Positions 17,317-28,300 of a stretch of 64,000 bases of DNA are shown here, piece after piece. The position numbers and the translations under genes are program-made. Every line of letters begins with the position of its first letter. The first letter of the stretch is position 1. The notes under the pieces are model-generated. The model was not told where the DNA came from. It saw only the letters and a program-made list of their open reading frames with translations, and did not search any database. Origin of the DNA: Patescibacteria group bacterium (GTDB taxonomy: Bacteria > Patescibacteriota > Minisyncoccia > Phycocordibacterales > UBA918); the NCBI GenBank assembly GCA_019752815.1, contig JAIELQ010000007.1, forward strand, positions 115,728 through 179,727, given 5' to 3'.

Positions 17317-19068
17317 ATGAATATCGAACTATCTACCTTTGTACAAAAAGTCTTCATCCGAGTACTTCTTGTGGGAATAATCTTATTTGCGCTTCCTGTA
17401 CTCACCCAGGCTGCGACGTTGTCAGTTTCTCCTGGAACGGGAGTGTATAAAACTGGCGCCACGTTTACTGTAACAGTATTTGTAAACACTGCGGGTGTGC
17501 CGGTAAATGCCGCTGATGGAACACTTTCATTTAATCCTCGTGAACTATCGGTTGTTTCAGTATCCCGAGCGTCATCAATTTTTAATCTTTGGACTACGGA
17601 ACCAGCTTTCTCAAATTCAGCTGGTACGGTGTCATTTTCTGGTGGTGTGCCAACAGGCTACACTGGTAGTGCGGCAAATGTGCTGTCGGTAACATTTAGG
17701 TCTCTTACCTCGGGTGCTGCCCGCGTGTCTCTGACTGGAGCATCCGTCTTGGCAGCTGATGGACGAGGCACTAATGTTCTTACCGGGATGAGCGGAGGTA
17801 CGTATACACTATCAGCAGTAGAGTCGCAGCCGGCACCAGAAGTAATTGTTGAGTATGTGCCACCTGCAAATACCCCAAATGCACCGGTAATTACCTCAGC
17901 GACACATCCAGATCAAAATAGCTGGTCTAAAGAAACAACCGCCGTGTTTAATTGGACAGTGCCTGCCGGTGTAACAGCAGTACGAACAGGACTGGATAAA
18001 AGTCCGGTAGCGATTCCAACCAAAGTCTACGATAGTCCTATTCGAACTTTGACAATCCCTGACTTGGATCAAGGGGTGTCGTATCTGCACGTTCAGTTTA
18101 GAAATGCCGACGGTTGGGGTAAGGTTGCGCATTACAAATTGTCAGTTGACTCTGAAAAGCCTGAATCGTTTACCATCACGTTACCTGAAGATGCTGATCT
18201 CTCAAGTCCAACACAAACCCTTAATCTAGCTATCGTAGATAAAGCATCACCGGTCACAAAATTTAAAGTTCAGCTTGATGGTGGTGAGGCATATGACCAC
18301 ACCGCTTCGGGAACTAACCCTACGCTTGAGCTACCTAATCTAACGCCAGGTTACCATACAGTCGTTGTTGAAGGGTTCGATAGTGCGGGTAATTCCTTAA
18401 TCGCGACATTTTCATTTAGTATTACCGCTTTTGATAAACCACTCATAACTGAGTATCCAGCTACCCTCAATTCAGGAGTGACACCAGTTATACGTGGTAC
18501 TACCAAGGCAAATGCAACAGTAAAAGGTGTACTGACAGACGTGCAAGGTGTGGAAACTATTCTGGAAGGTGTAGCTGACGGCAGTGGTGTGTTTACCATT
18601 ATTCCTACCGATTCACTTAAGACTGGACGATATTCGCTTGTAGTAACCGCTACCGATGTTTCTGGTGGGCAAAGTGAACCGTCAGATACGGTAACGATAG
18701 TTGTATCTGAGCCAGGATATGTAGCAGTTGGGTCGTTTTTGATTAGTTTCTTTTCAATCCTTATACCACTCATTGCTCTGGTTGTATTGACGTGGTTGAC
18801 ACTCATCTATTCAATACGAAAAATGGGTCGCATGCGGGCACGGGTTATAGTAGAATCTGAAGAGGCAGCCATGATGCTCGCGACCGAGTTCAGACATTTG
18901 GATCAAGTCATTGCAGAGCAAGAAGCCGCCCTTATAGCTTCGCACAAAACGAAAAAGTTAACCAAAGCCGAAGAAACAATGTTTGCTGAACTTAAGTCGA
19001 CCATCGCTGAAGCCAAGCGTCGAGTCGGAAAAGAAGTTGATGATGTTACCCATGTATTCAAAAAATAA
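17317..19068 (+). CDS. Cohesin-like domain surface protein with Ig-like repeats and C-terminal TM anchor / cytoplasmic coiled-coil tail
   Basis: Signal peptide, then ATLSVSPGTGVYKTGATFTVTVFVNTAGVPVNAADGTLSFNPRELSVVSVS..VSFSGGVPTGY, colinear with the N-termini of 16275 and 19751. TM FLISFFSILIPLIALVVLTWL followed by a charged helical tail. Confidence 0.6.
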   Translation: MNIELSTFVQKVFIRVLLVGIILFALPVLTQAATLSVSPGTGVYKTGATFTVTVFVNTAGVPVNAADGTLSFNPRELSVVSVSRASSIFNLWTTEPAFSNSAGTVSFSGGVPTGYTGSAANVLSVTFRSLTSGAARVSLTGASVLAADGRGTNVLTGMSGGTYTLSAVESQPAPEVIVEYVPPANTPNAPVITSATHPDQNSWSKETTAVFNWTVPAGVTAVRTGLDKSPVAIPTKVYDSPIRTLTIPDLDQGVSYLHVQFRNADGWGKVAHYKLSVDSEKPESFTITLPEDADLSSPTQTLNLAIVDKASPVTKFKVQLDGGEAYDHTASGTNPTLELPNLTPGYHTVVVEGFDSAGNSLIATFSFSITAFDKPLITEYPATLNSGVTPVIRGTTKANATVKGVLTDVQGVETILEGVADGSGVFTIIPTDSLKTGRYSLVVTATDVSGGQSEPSDTVTIVVSEPGYVAVGSFLISFFSILIPLIALVVLTWLTLIYSIRKMGRMRARVIVESEEAAMMLATEFRHLDQVIAEQEAALIASHKTKKLTKAEETMFAELKSTIAEAKRRVGKEVDDVTHVFKK

Positions 19069-19076
19069 TTACTGCT

Positions 19077-19754
19077 ATGAAAATTAATTTAAACCGCCTG
19101 ACTACCATTCTGATTATCTGTGTGATTGTACTCATTGTCGTATTCCTCACCCTGCACGCTTCTACATCAGGCCAAAACAGTAAAGTAACTGCGACGCTAG
19201 ATGCTGCAATACTTATTCAAAAAGACAATCTGGCAGATCTGGCCGATATTACCCGAGTTAATGGTGCAGATGCCACAACTGACCGTATTATTACCGATTG
19301 TAGTGCTGGTGAACGTGAACGATTTGATACACTGCTTGATAAATTACAAGGAAATATCTCCAAAGATGAATTAAACGAACTCAATACCTTGTTTTATGCC
19401 TGCGGTAGTTTTTTTGCTGATAGAAAAGCGGTGGTGGCTACTAAATTACTGCGTGAGGTTGAGGTGCTTTCCGATTATCTTGATTTACGGAGTATTGTAA
19501 CGAGTAAAAGTTCTGAAGGGTCATCCCAACTAGAGGCATGGAAGAAGCTTGCTGAGTCTGAACTCAAAACCGCGGAATATTTTAAGGAGCTAGTTTTATT
19601 GCAAGGAAAAATCATCGTACTTTTAAGTAGTGGACAAACACCGACCTCGCCTGAGGTGTTGGCAACGCTCAGTCAGGTGAGTACGATACGAGGACAAATG
19701 CTTGTCTTAGGTAATCAAATTGAAGTTCTAAAAACCGAGGCGTTAACACTATGA
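19077..19754 (+). CDS. Membrane-anchored coiled-coil protein of unknown function
   Basis: N-terminal TM LTTILIICVIVLIVVFL; remainder helical. 4-nt start/stop overlap with the next gene (ATGA). Confidence 0.5.
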   Translation: MKINLNRLTTILIICVIVLIVVFLTLHASTSGQNSKVTATLDAAILIQKDNLADLADITRVNGADATTDRIITDCSAGERERFDTLLDKLQGNISKDELNELNTLFYACGSFFADRKAVVATKLLREVEVLSDYLDLRSIVTSKSSEGSSQLEAWKKLAESELKTAEYFKELVLLQGKIIVLLSSGQTPTSPEVLATLSQVSTIRGQMLVLGNQIEVLKTEALTL

Positions 19755-20509
19755 AATTCTTACGGAGAGCTTTACAAAAAGTATTTCCAACCTTGGGATT
19801 AAAAAACTCTCCGACGGTTCGCTACGCGTTCTCTTTTTTGTTTGTATTTGCAGCTGTTGCCTCTATTGCAGCCGTTTCAGGGACAAAAGGTTCCTATGTG
19901 AAGGTGGTACCAAGCGCTAACATGGTTGAGGTGAACACACAGTTCAATTTGGAAGTGTACGTATTTGCTGATGCGCCAATTAATGCGGTTGATCTCAGTG
20001 TATTGTATCCAGAAGCTCAGGTAGAAGTGCTCGGTATTGATAAAGGAGAGTCGGTAATCACACTTTGGACAGAAGAACCTCATGTGAAAGACGGTGCCGT
20101 GGTTTTGCGTGGTGGGACATACAAACGAGGTTTTGTTGGTGAGCATAAAATAGCTACCATTAACCTTAAAGCCAAAACAGCCGGTAGTGCTCAGTTTCTG
20201 GCAGGAACAGTCATGTTGCTTGCAGGTGATGGTAAGGGAACAAGTATCAAGGCCGATACTACCCGAGCGAAAATCGTCACTACTGTGTACCCCGCAGGTC
20301 AAAAACCAACCGGTCCTATGACACTTGAAGGGGAAGTGAGCTTCCTCGTAGTTACAGATATTGATGGCGATGGTTCAGTGACACTGACTGATATCAGCTC
20401 ATTTATGGCAAATTGGACCTCAAAGGAGCGACAATTTGATTTTAACAATGATGGACAGATGACGTTTCGGGATTTTTCTATAATTTTGTTTGATTATTTT
20501 TCAAAGTAA
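19751..20509 (+). CDS. Protein with an N-terminal cohesin-like domain and a C-terminal dockerin-like double repeat
   Basis: Cohesin-like: YVKVVPSANMVEVNTQFNLEVYVFADAPINAVDLSVLYPEAQVEVLGI..LRGGTY. Dockerin-like: DIDGDGSVTLTDISSFMANW ... DFNNDGQMTFRDFSIILFDYF (Ca-binding positions 1,3,5,9,12 = D,D,D,T,D and D,N,D,T,D). Confidence 0.6.
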   Translation: MKFLRRALQKVFPTLGLKNSPTVRYAFSFLFVFAAVASIAAVSGTKGSYVKVVPSANMVEVNTQFNLEVYVFADAPINAVDLSVLYPEAQVEVLGIDKGESVITLWTEEPHVKDGAVVLRGGTYKRGFVGEHKIATINLKAKTAGSAQFLAGTVMLLAGDGKGTSIKADTTRAKIVTTVYPAGQKPTGPMTLEGEVSFLVVTDIDGDGSVTLTDISSFMANWTSKERQFDFNNDGQMTFRDFSIILFDYFSK

Positions 20510-20602
20510 GTCGGAATGGTGATGAGATTTATGTTGATAAAAAAGCGTTTTAGTTGCGTGATACCTGATATTATGTACTAGATGGGAAATTTATAACGGA
20601 CC

Positions 20603-22273
20603 GTGAATCCGTTATATAAACAATTGGCTGAAAAGAAAGTGAACAAGGCCAACCATAATCAAAAGAATATTCGACCACGTCAGGTAATCCTCTACCGTAA
20701 CGTGTTTTATTCCCGTGTATCTTCTGCGGTGGTTTTGTTGTTGTGTCTATCTTTCCTCTTACAACCAATCGAACGCGTATTTGCCTCCGAAACTACTCCT
20801 ATTGATTCAGAAACGAGCGCTACTATCAATTTGGCAGTTGATGCTGGTTTGTCTGATTCAACACCTGAAGCACCAACTGAAGCTTCCGAAACGACATCAA
20901 CTGATGTTGTGTCTTCAGATGCTCCTGAAACTAATGTAGCTAATGCGGACGATGGTTCTTCTAACACTGTAACTGAAGATGTTAGTGAAGTCAGTGATCA
21001 GCTGGTTGGTGAGACTGATGTTGCCGACGGTGCTGATTCAAAAGATACTAGTGAAAGTAGTAACGATGAATCAAGTACCACGACAGTCTTTACTGACGAA
21101 GAAATTCAAGACCTTATTAATCCTGAAGATGAACTTCCTCCTGCCGAATTAGAAGTAGGTACCACGACTGCGACTAGTACTGAAATTCCAGTGGCGGTGA
21201 CAACTGTACACAGTGATGCGGTGATGCAATTTAATCGTAATGATTGTGTAACGGTTGAGGACGGCTCATTCTATTGTCAGAGTAAAAAAGAAGAAGCAGA
21301 ACAGGGAACCGACGGCATGTATGCGTTGCAAGATAAAGATGGTGATCTTGAAATATTTTTACAAAAAAATGGTGAGTTGGCTCAGCTGACATTTAATACC
21401 GTTGATGATGCTGCGCCAGTATTTGACACTAAATCAAATACTATTGTTTGGCATCGGTTGGTGGATGAGCGCTACCAAATCATTTCCTATGATTTAGAGA
21501 GTGAACGCGAAGTGCAGCTAACTGCTGATAACGTAAACAATATGGAACCGAGCCGTTCAGGTAATTTTACAGTTTGGCAACGATGGAACGACACTAACTG
21601 GGATATTGTATTGTACGATGGTACTGAAACAAAATTCCTGACTGATAGCCTCCAGCACGACATTGCTCCGAATGTAAAAGGTGATTTAGTGATGTGGAAT
21701 CGTTTGGCGTCAGATAACACGCAGACAATTGAATTATTTGATATTGTGACGGGTGAATTTACCACGATTACCGATGAAGAGGGTGGAGCGTTGTCCAATC
21801 CTCGTATGGTATTAGTTTACGAAACGGAATTTGCTAATGGGGACGTGGTAACTAAAGGTTACAATGTTGAAACCGGAGAAGTGACGCCACTCGCAAATGA
21901 TCCGGCTGAATTACCAGAAGAATTACCTGAACCAGATGCTACCGGTGAAACAAGAGCGCTCGTGCAGCCAAAGAATCCAACCAAAGAAGACGCAGAGATA
22001 AGCGAAGATGTTTTTCCCGGTATCGATAGTGACCCAAACCTTTCTGGAACTTCAACTGCATCCTCTACCTACTCACCACAGTCAGGTGATTTGCATATTG
22101 CATCTTCCAGTTCGTACATTGCCGGCAGTACACCAAATACGGGAACAAATACCGAAACAATCGCTGATATGACGCTCGATCTCACGCCTCCGGTTTTGCT
22201 GCCAGCTGATATTCCTCAGGATCTGGTGGTGCCACCGTTTGTGCCCGACGTTTCAATAGAAACTAGCGAGTAG
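20603..22273 (+). CDS. Highly acidic Ser/Thr/Asp/Glu-rich membrane-anchored protein
   Basis: TM AVVLLLCLSFLL near the N-terminus. Long D/E/S/T low-complexity N-terminal third. Beta-propeller-like W-containing repeats in the middle (WHRLVDERYQI, WQRWNDTNWDI, MWNRLASDNTQTI). Confidence 0.5.
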   Translation: MNPLYKQLAEKKVNKANHNQKNIRPRQVILYRNVFYSRVSSAVVLLLCLSFLLQPIERVFASETTPIDSETSATINLAVDAGLSDSTPEAPTEASETTSTDVVSSDAPETNVANADDGSSNTVTEDVSEVSDQLVGETDVADGADSKDTSESSNDESSTTTVFTDEEIQDLINPEDELPPAELEVGTTTATSTEIPVAVTTVHSDAVMQFNRNDCVTVEDGSFYCQSKKEEAEQGTDGMYALQDKDGDLEIFLQKNGELAQLTFNTVDDAAPVFDTKSNTIVWHRLVDERYQIISYDLESEREVQLTADNVNNMEPSRSGNFTVWQRWNDTNWDIVLYDGTETKFLTDSLQHDIAPNVKGDLVMWNRLASDNTQTIELFDIVTGEFTTITDEEGGALSNPRMVLVYETEFANGDVVTKGYNVETGEVTPLANDPAELPEELPEPDATGETRALVQPKNPTKEDAEISEDVFPGIDSDPNLSGTSTASSTYSPQSGDLHIASSSSYIAGSTPNTGTNTETIADMTLDLTPPVLLPADIPQDLVVPPFVPDVSIETSE

Positions 22274-22341
22274 TGTGGTGTAATACCGGCTCTCTACAGG
22301 TAGTAGTTTGTAGGGTACGCAAAGCATGAGAAAATAAACCC

Positions 22342-25300
22342 ATGGGGAGGTATCCTTCGTTTTTTAATTGTGTACGTACGCATAAATGCGTGAGCGCTTT
22401 TCTGCTTCTTTTGACTATCGGTGCGCAATTTACGTTTCTGGAATTCTTATTGCCCAGAATTGCTCAAGCTGCGGTTGTTACTATCGATGCAACGGTCAGT
22501 CTCACGGCCACGGAACATCTCTTTGCTGGATCACAAACTGTATTTACGACAGATCAAATTGGCTATAAATTCTATGTTGATTCATCAGGTGTTTGTGCGT
22601 ATAGCAAAACCACTGATGGTGGTAATTCCTGGGGAGGGGCAGTCACAGTAGATAGTAAAACAGATTGTACGAGTATTGCAGTTTGGTACGATCGCTGGAC
22701 TCCTGGCGATGCCGGTAATAATATTCATATTTCAACCATGAACGTCGCTAATGCGACTGATGTGATTTGGTACAATCGTCTCGATACTAGTTCAGATACT
22801 CTTTTGTCAGGTACAACTCCTATTAATACCGTCAGTAATTCTGCACAGGTACCTACCTATGTTGCTGGTACTAATGAACAAACTATTAGTAAAAGCACTA
22901 CCGGTGTTCTGTACATCGCAGCTTCAGATGCCTCGGATTCATTTGTTATCCAATGTAGTACAGGCTGTAACACTACAACCAATTGGACCCAAGCCGGTAC
23001 AAACTTTATGGATTTGGACAACGACTGGAACCTCCTGATGCCAATCCTCGGCGGTAACATGTTGCTTATTAACCGGGATATTTCAGCAGACGATATCCGA
23101 ACTCGAGTTTGGAACGGCAGTACTTGGTCCGGCAGTTGGACTGCGGTTGATTCAGCAGCAGTGGAGGGGGCAACCTATGATATTGCAATGGCTGCTACCC
23201 AAGACCATTCCTCGGGCGATATTTATCTTGCCTACGCAGCTGATAACGATAGTTATACTGTCCTTGACCATGATGTACGGACTGCCAAATACGTCAGCGG
23301 CTCTTGGACTTCTACAGCTAATATTTTTACAAATTCTACACGTGGTTTAACTGGTATTGCAATTTCGCTTGATACCAACCTGGGAGTAATTTATGTCGCG
23401 TATGGATTACGTACTACGCCCGCAACGGCCACTACAGGTAACATTTACTATTCAACGTCAACGAGTGCCATGTCATCATGGAGTGCAGAACAAGGACCGG
23501 TGAATACCACACCTGGAGATCTCTATGGTATTGATATGAATATCATGAGTGACGAGCGAATTTATGCGACGTGGCAAGACCCAGCACCGGATGATATTTT
23601 TGGTGAGACAATAGCAAACATTGCGCCAGTAACAAAAGTATCTACGCTAGGAACTCCGGCCACGAGTGTGTCGGCGAGCACTAGTAATTTCTATACTGGT
23701 GGAGCATTTTTAATCAAAGAAAGCCAGGTCAGTCGTAATGTCACCGACATTACTATTTCTGAAAATGGAACAGTTGACGGGAGTGGTGCTATTAAAAATA
23801 TAAAACTATTTTATGATTTGGATACCAGTGCGCCCTATGATTGTGTGAGTGAAACATACTCTGGCCTGGAAACACAATTTGGTAGTACCGATGTAAATGG
23901 TTTTACTGGAGCAGATGGTGTGTCATCCTTTAATGGTTTAGTTAATATCACTCCCACTCAGGCGATGTGCGTCTATACAGTAGTTGATGTGCTTGATGCT
24001 GCACTCAGTGCTTCCACGTTACGGGTATTTATTGACAATCCAGGTTCTGATGTGTTGGTTTCGGGTGGCGGGTTAGTTACACCAGACACCCCAGTTGCAT
24101 TTGTTTCTGGCACCACAATTAACAACGATACACTTACGCAAACGCATTATCACTGGCGAAATGATAACGGAAATGAAACCGCTGCAACGTCTGCTACCGG
24201 CGGAATTGCTGATACGCCAATTCCCGCGCTGCTTCAAAACACTCCGCGGCGACTTCGTGTACAAGTTTCAAACGAAGGTTCGCTCGCCAGTCCCGCTACC
24301 CAATTTCGGTTAGAGTATGCCGAAGCTGCGCCAACTTGTGCTGCGGCGAGCGGGTGGACTGATGTGAATGCCACCAATGATGCCTGGAATATGTTTGACT
24401 CCACCTTTGTACCTAATGGTTCAAATACCACTGATATTTCAGTAGCGAGCGGGGGGATGGTAAATGAAAATACTACTTTCCTTACCCCCAATGGTGGTCA
24501 ACTTGATACTACTTCACAAACAGGCCCATTAACCTTAACTGCTACAAATTTCGTTGAGTTAGAATATTCGATTGTGGCCTCTAGTAGTGCTCCACAGGGT
24601 ACAACCTATTGTTTTAGAGTTACCAGTGCGGGGACAGTATTACCAGTCTACAGTGTCTACCCACAGGTAACAGTATCAGCAGATGTTTCGGTAAGTGCTA
24701 TTGGCACCCAGGCATCATCGGCCATTATTCCAACTACAAATTTTCAAGTTGGCGGTACGTTTGTGTTTACTGAAAATGTTAGCTCTCGTAATCTCACCAG
24801 TATAACAATTACTGAAACGGGTTCAGTTAATGGTGCGACCAGCTTGGATAATATTCGTTTACGGTATGATCTCGATACTACAGCTCCGTACAACTGTGCT
24901 AGTGAATCATATGCGGGAACAGAGACACAGTTCGGCGCAACTGACACCGATGGCTTTTCGGGTCCTAACGGCAGCTCCACTTTTACTGGCTCTGTGTCAC
25001 TTACCACCACTCAGGCGGTATGTATGTATACAGTTTTTGACATTACCAGTGCCGCCAATAATGGGGAAGATATTCAAATAGAAATTGCTAATGGCGGGAA
25101 TGATGTTGTTGTTTCTGCTGGAGCGGTTGGTCCAACTACACCGGTGTTGCTTGCTGGCACTACTACCTTGTCAGGAGCAATTTTAGCGCAAACAGGGTAC
25201 CACTGGCGTACTGATTCTGGCAGTGAAACTACCGCACCCTCAGCAACAGCAGGAAATCAGAATACCCAACTCATTGAACATGCAGCCAGTAGTTCGATAC

Positions 25301-28300
25301 GTCTTCGTTTAGGGGTAAGTAACGAAGGAGCAGCAACCTCAACGGGCGCTCAGTACCAGCTAGAGTATGGTCCAAAAATTACCACCTGTAGTGCAGTGAG
25401 TGTGTGGACGAGTGTTGATGCTGCTAATGATGACTGGAATATGTTCAATTCAGTCAATATTACTGATGGTGCAAACACCACAAACATCGCTACGAGTACC
25501 GGTGGAGTAAGTGATGGTAATACTACGTTTGTTACTCCTAATGGTGGAGTGAAGGATACAAGTGCGGTGACGGGAGGAATAACACTCACCTCAACGCAGT
25601 TTACCGAGCTCGAATTCAGTATTACTTCAACCGGGATTACGGGCAGTGACGTCGTGTACTGTTTTCGAGTGACTAATCTCGGGACTGAACTTAATCAGTA
25701 TGATAATTATGCTGAAGTTAGAACAGCCCCAAAACGTGATTTTAAAGTGCAGCGTGGAGTGACTAACGTCACAGGTACCGGAGTAACGCTCACTGCTGGT
25801 GTGAACTATACAGCACCGCAAGCGTCATCAAGCGCGTTTGTACGAATCACTAATACCCAGATGACTGGTGCAGGACGCAATGCTGGCGGTGCTGCTCAGA
25901 ACGCAGATGACGTTACTGCGTACATTAGTAATCCTGGTAACATCATGACGAGTTTTACAATCAGTCGACCACCAGCTGCCATCGGCAATACCCAAGTATA
26001 TTGGGAAATTATCGAATTTATTGGTGCCACTAGTACCGATAACGAAATGAAGGTTCTCAGTGCAGCCACAGTGGGGATGGTCAGCGCATCAACAAGTGCG
26101 ACCGGTACGGTTGTAACCGGCGTGACTGATGACACAGATATAGTTGTGTATATTACCGGAATTGAAAATCGCGATATAGGACGAAACTTCTATTATGCGG
26201 GGGCAGTCACTGCCGAGTGGGATGCAGCTCTTAATCGACCAGTATTTAGACGAGGTGCGGGCGGAGCTATTATCAACGTTAGTTATGCGGTAGTGGAATA
26301 TACTGGTATTAACTGGAATATCCAACGTGTTGAACACACTTATGCATCGAGTACCATAATTGAAACGGAAACAATTACACCCGTTAATAGTTTAGCGCGA
26401 ACGTTTATTCATGCTCAAAAAAGAATTAATGGATTAGGAAATGTTAATAATTATGGTCACGAAGTCTGGCTCTCGAGTATCGGGGCGGTGTCATTTAAAT
26501 TAGAGGATGCAGCAACGACACCTGCTTCGCATACTTCAGTGGTGTGGGTTATTGAAAATCAACAAACGAGTGCCGGTGCCATGAGAGTGCAACGAAGTAA
26601 CGGTAACACTACCGACGGAACCGAACCAGTAGCTCTTTCGATTCCAATTTTTACCCCACTGAATACAATTACCAATGCATCCATTTTTGGTACTTCTCGG
26701 GCAGTGGGGGCAAACTCAAACTTTCCAATCCCTATGGCAGGCTTGAGTATTACTTCCACTTCGTCCTACCTACTGTGGCGCAGTGAAGCCACCGCTGCAC
26801 TTCTTACGTACCGAACCGAAATTGTTGAGTGGCCAATAAATGGGTTGGCAGTTCGACAAAATTACTATCGTATATACGCAGATAACAACTCGTTACTGCC
26901 GACAGATCCGTGGCCGCCCGGACCAAGTGACCTTGGTGAAAATACGCCACTCTCTATTGCCGATCAACCACTGGGTGAAGCCGATCGGGTACGACTACGT
27001 ATGTCATTGCGTGTAACTAATGCAAACTTGCCGGTGGGACTCTACGATTTTAAATTACAGTACGGACTACGGTTAACTTCTTGTTCGGCTGTAGCTGGGT
27101 GGACTGATGTAGGGGCTGCCAGCAGTTCAGCTATTTGGCGTGGGTATAATGCGACTGGTACAACCAATGGAGCAGATCTGTCGGTAAATCCGCCAATATT
27201 CGGTGATTTAGTGCTGTCTGTTTCAGATATTGCTGGTAGCTATGTTGAGGAAAATCCAGCACCAGCAAATCCGTTTGGTGCTGACCCAAACCGTGATATC
27301 GAGTATGATTTTCAACTTTCTCATAACGGTGCCATGGAGCGCAGTGTGTACTGTTTCCGAATGGTGCGGGGTGACGGTACGACACTTGATGGATACTTAA
27401 ATTACCCGCAAATCCGGACAGCTGGTTTTACACCACAAACACAGAACTGGCGTTGGTACGATGATGCTACTAATGAGACTCCGACTACACCGTTGTCTGC
27501 CGAAACAGTAGCTCCGATTGAAATTCAAAACGATAATACACTCGCGCTTCGGGTTACTGTCGGTGAAGCCAAAAACGTGCGTGGTCAAAATGTAAAGTTT
27601 AAAGTGCAGTATGATGAAAACCCTAATTTTACAAATCCGCGTGATGTCACGGCTACTTCTACGTGTACCGCTACTTCTACCTGGTGCTATGCGGTAGGTG
27701 GTGGCGCTGATAACGCTACGATTACTACCAAAGTCCTAACCGATGCCGACAGCTGTACTAGTAGTGTCGGGGAAGGTTGTGGTACACACAACAGTTCTGG
27801 TGTGTTTGTGCTCGGTGATACACACGAACCCGGTGCTAACCGTGAGTATGCGTTTTACCTCAGGCAAGTTTTGGCGCGTACTGGTGTGGTGTACTACTTT
27901 AGATTGTATGACACTTTGAATGAAGTTCCTGTCGTTCTTAAGTCCGGTAGTGTGTATCCCAGTACGGTAGCAGAGACTGCGAAACTTTCGCTTACTATTT
28001 CTGGTCTGCCTTCAGGCACTACTACTGCTGGCGTTGTTACTACTGCCACTTCGACACCATCTACCATCAATTTTGGTACTATTCCAATTAATACACCCTG
28101 GTATTCAGCCCATAGAATTTCTGTAACTACCAATGCTATTGATGGGTATCGAGTTTTGAGTTACGCCCGGCAACAGCTCTTGAATAGTTATGGTACAGCT
28201 ATTAATTCCGTCACGGGCACCAATGCTGCCCCAACTAGTTGGGCAGTGGGTTGCCAGATTTCTGCTCCGGGGTGTATAGGCTACCACACGAGCGATGCTA

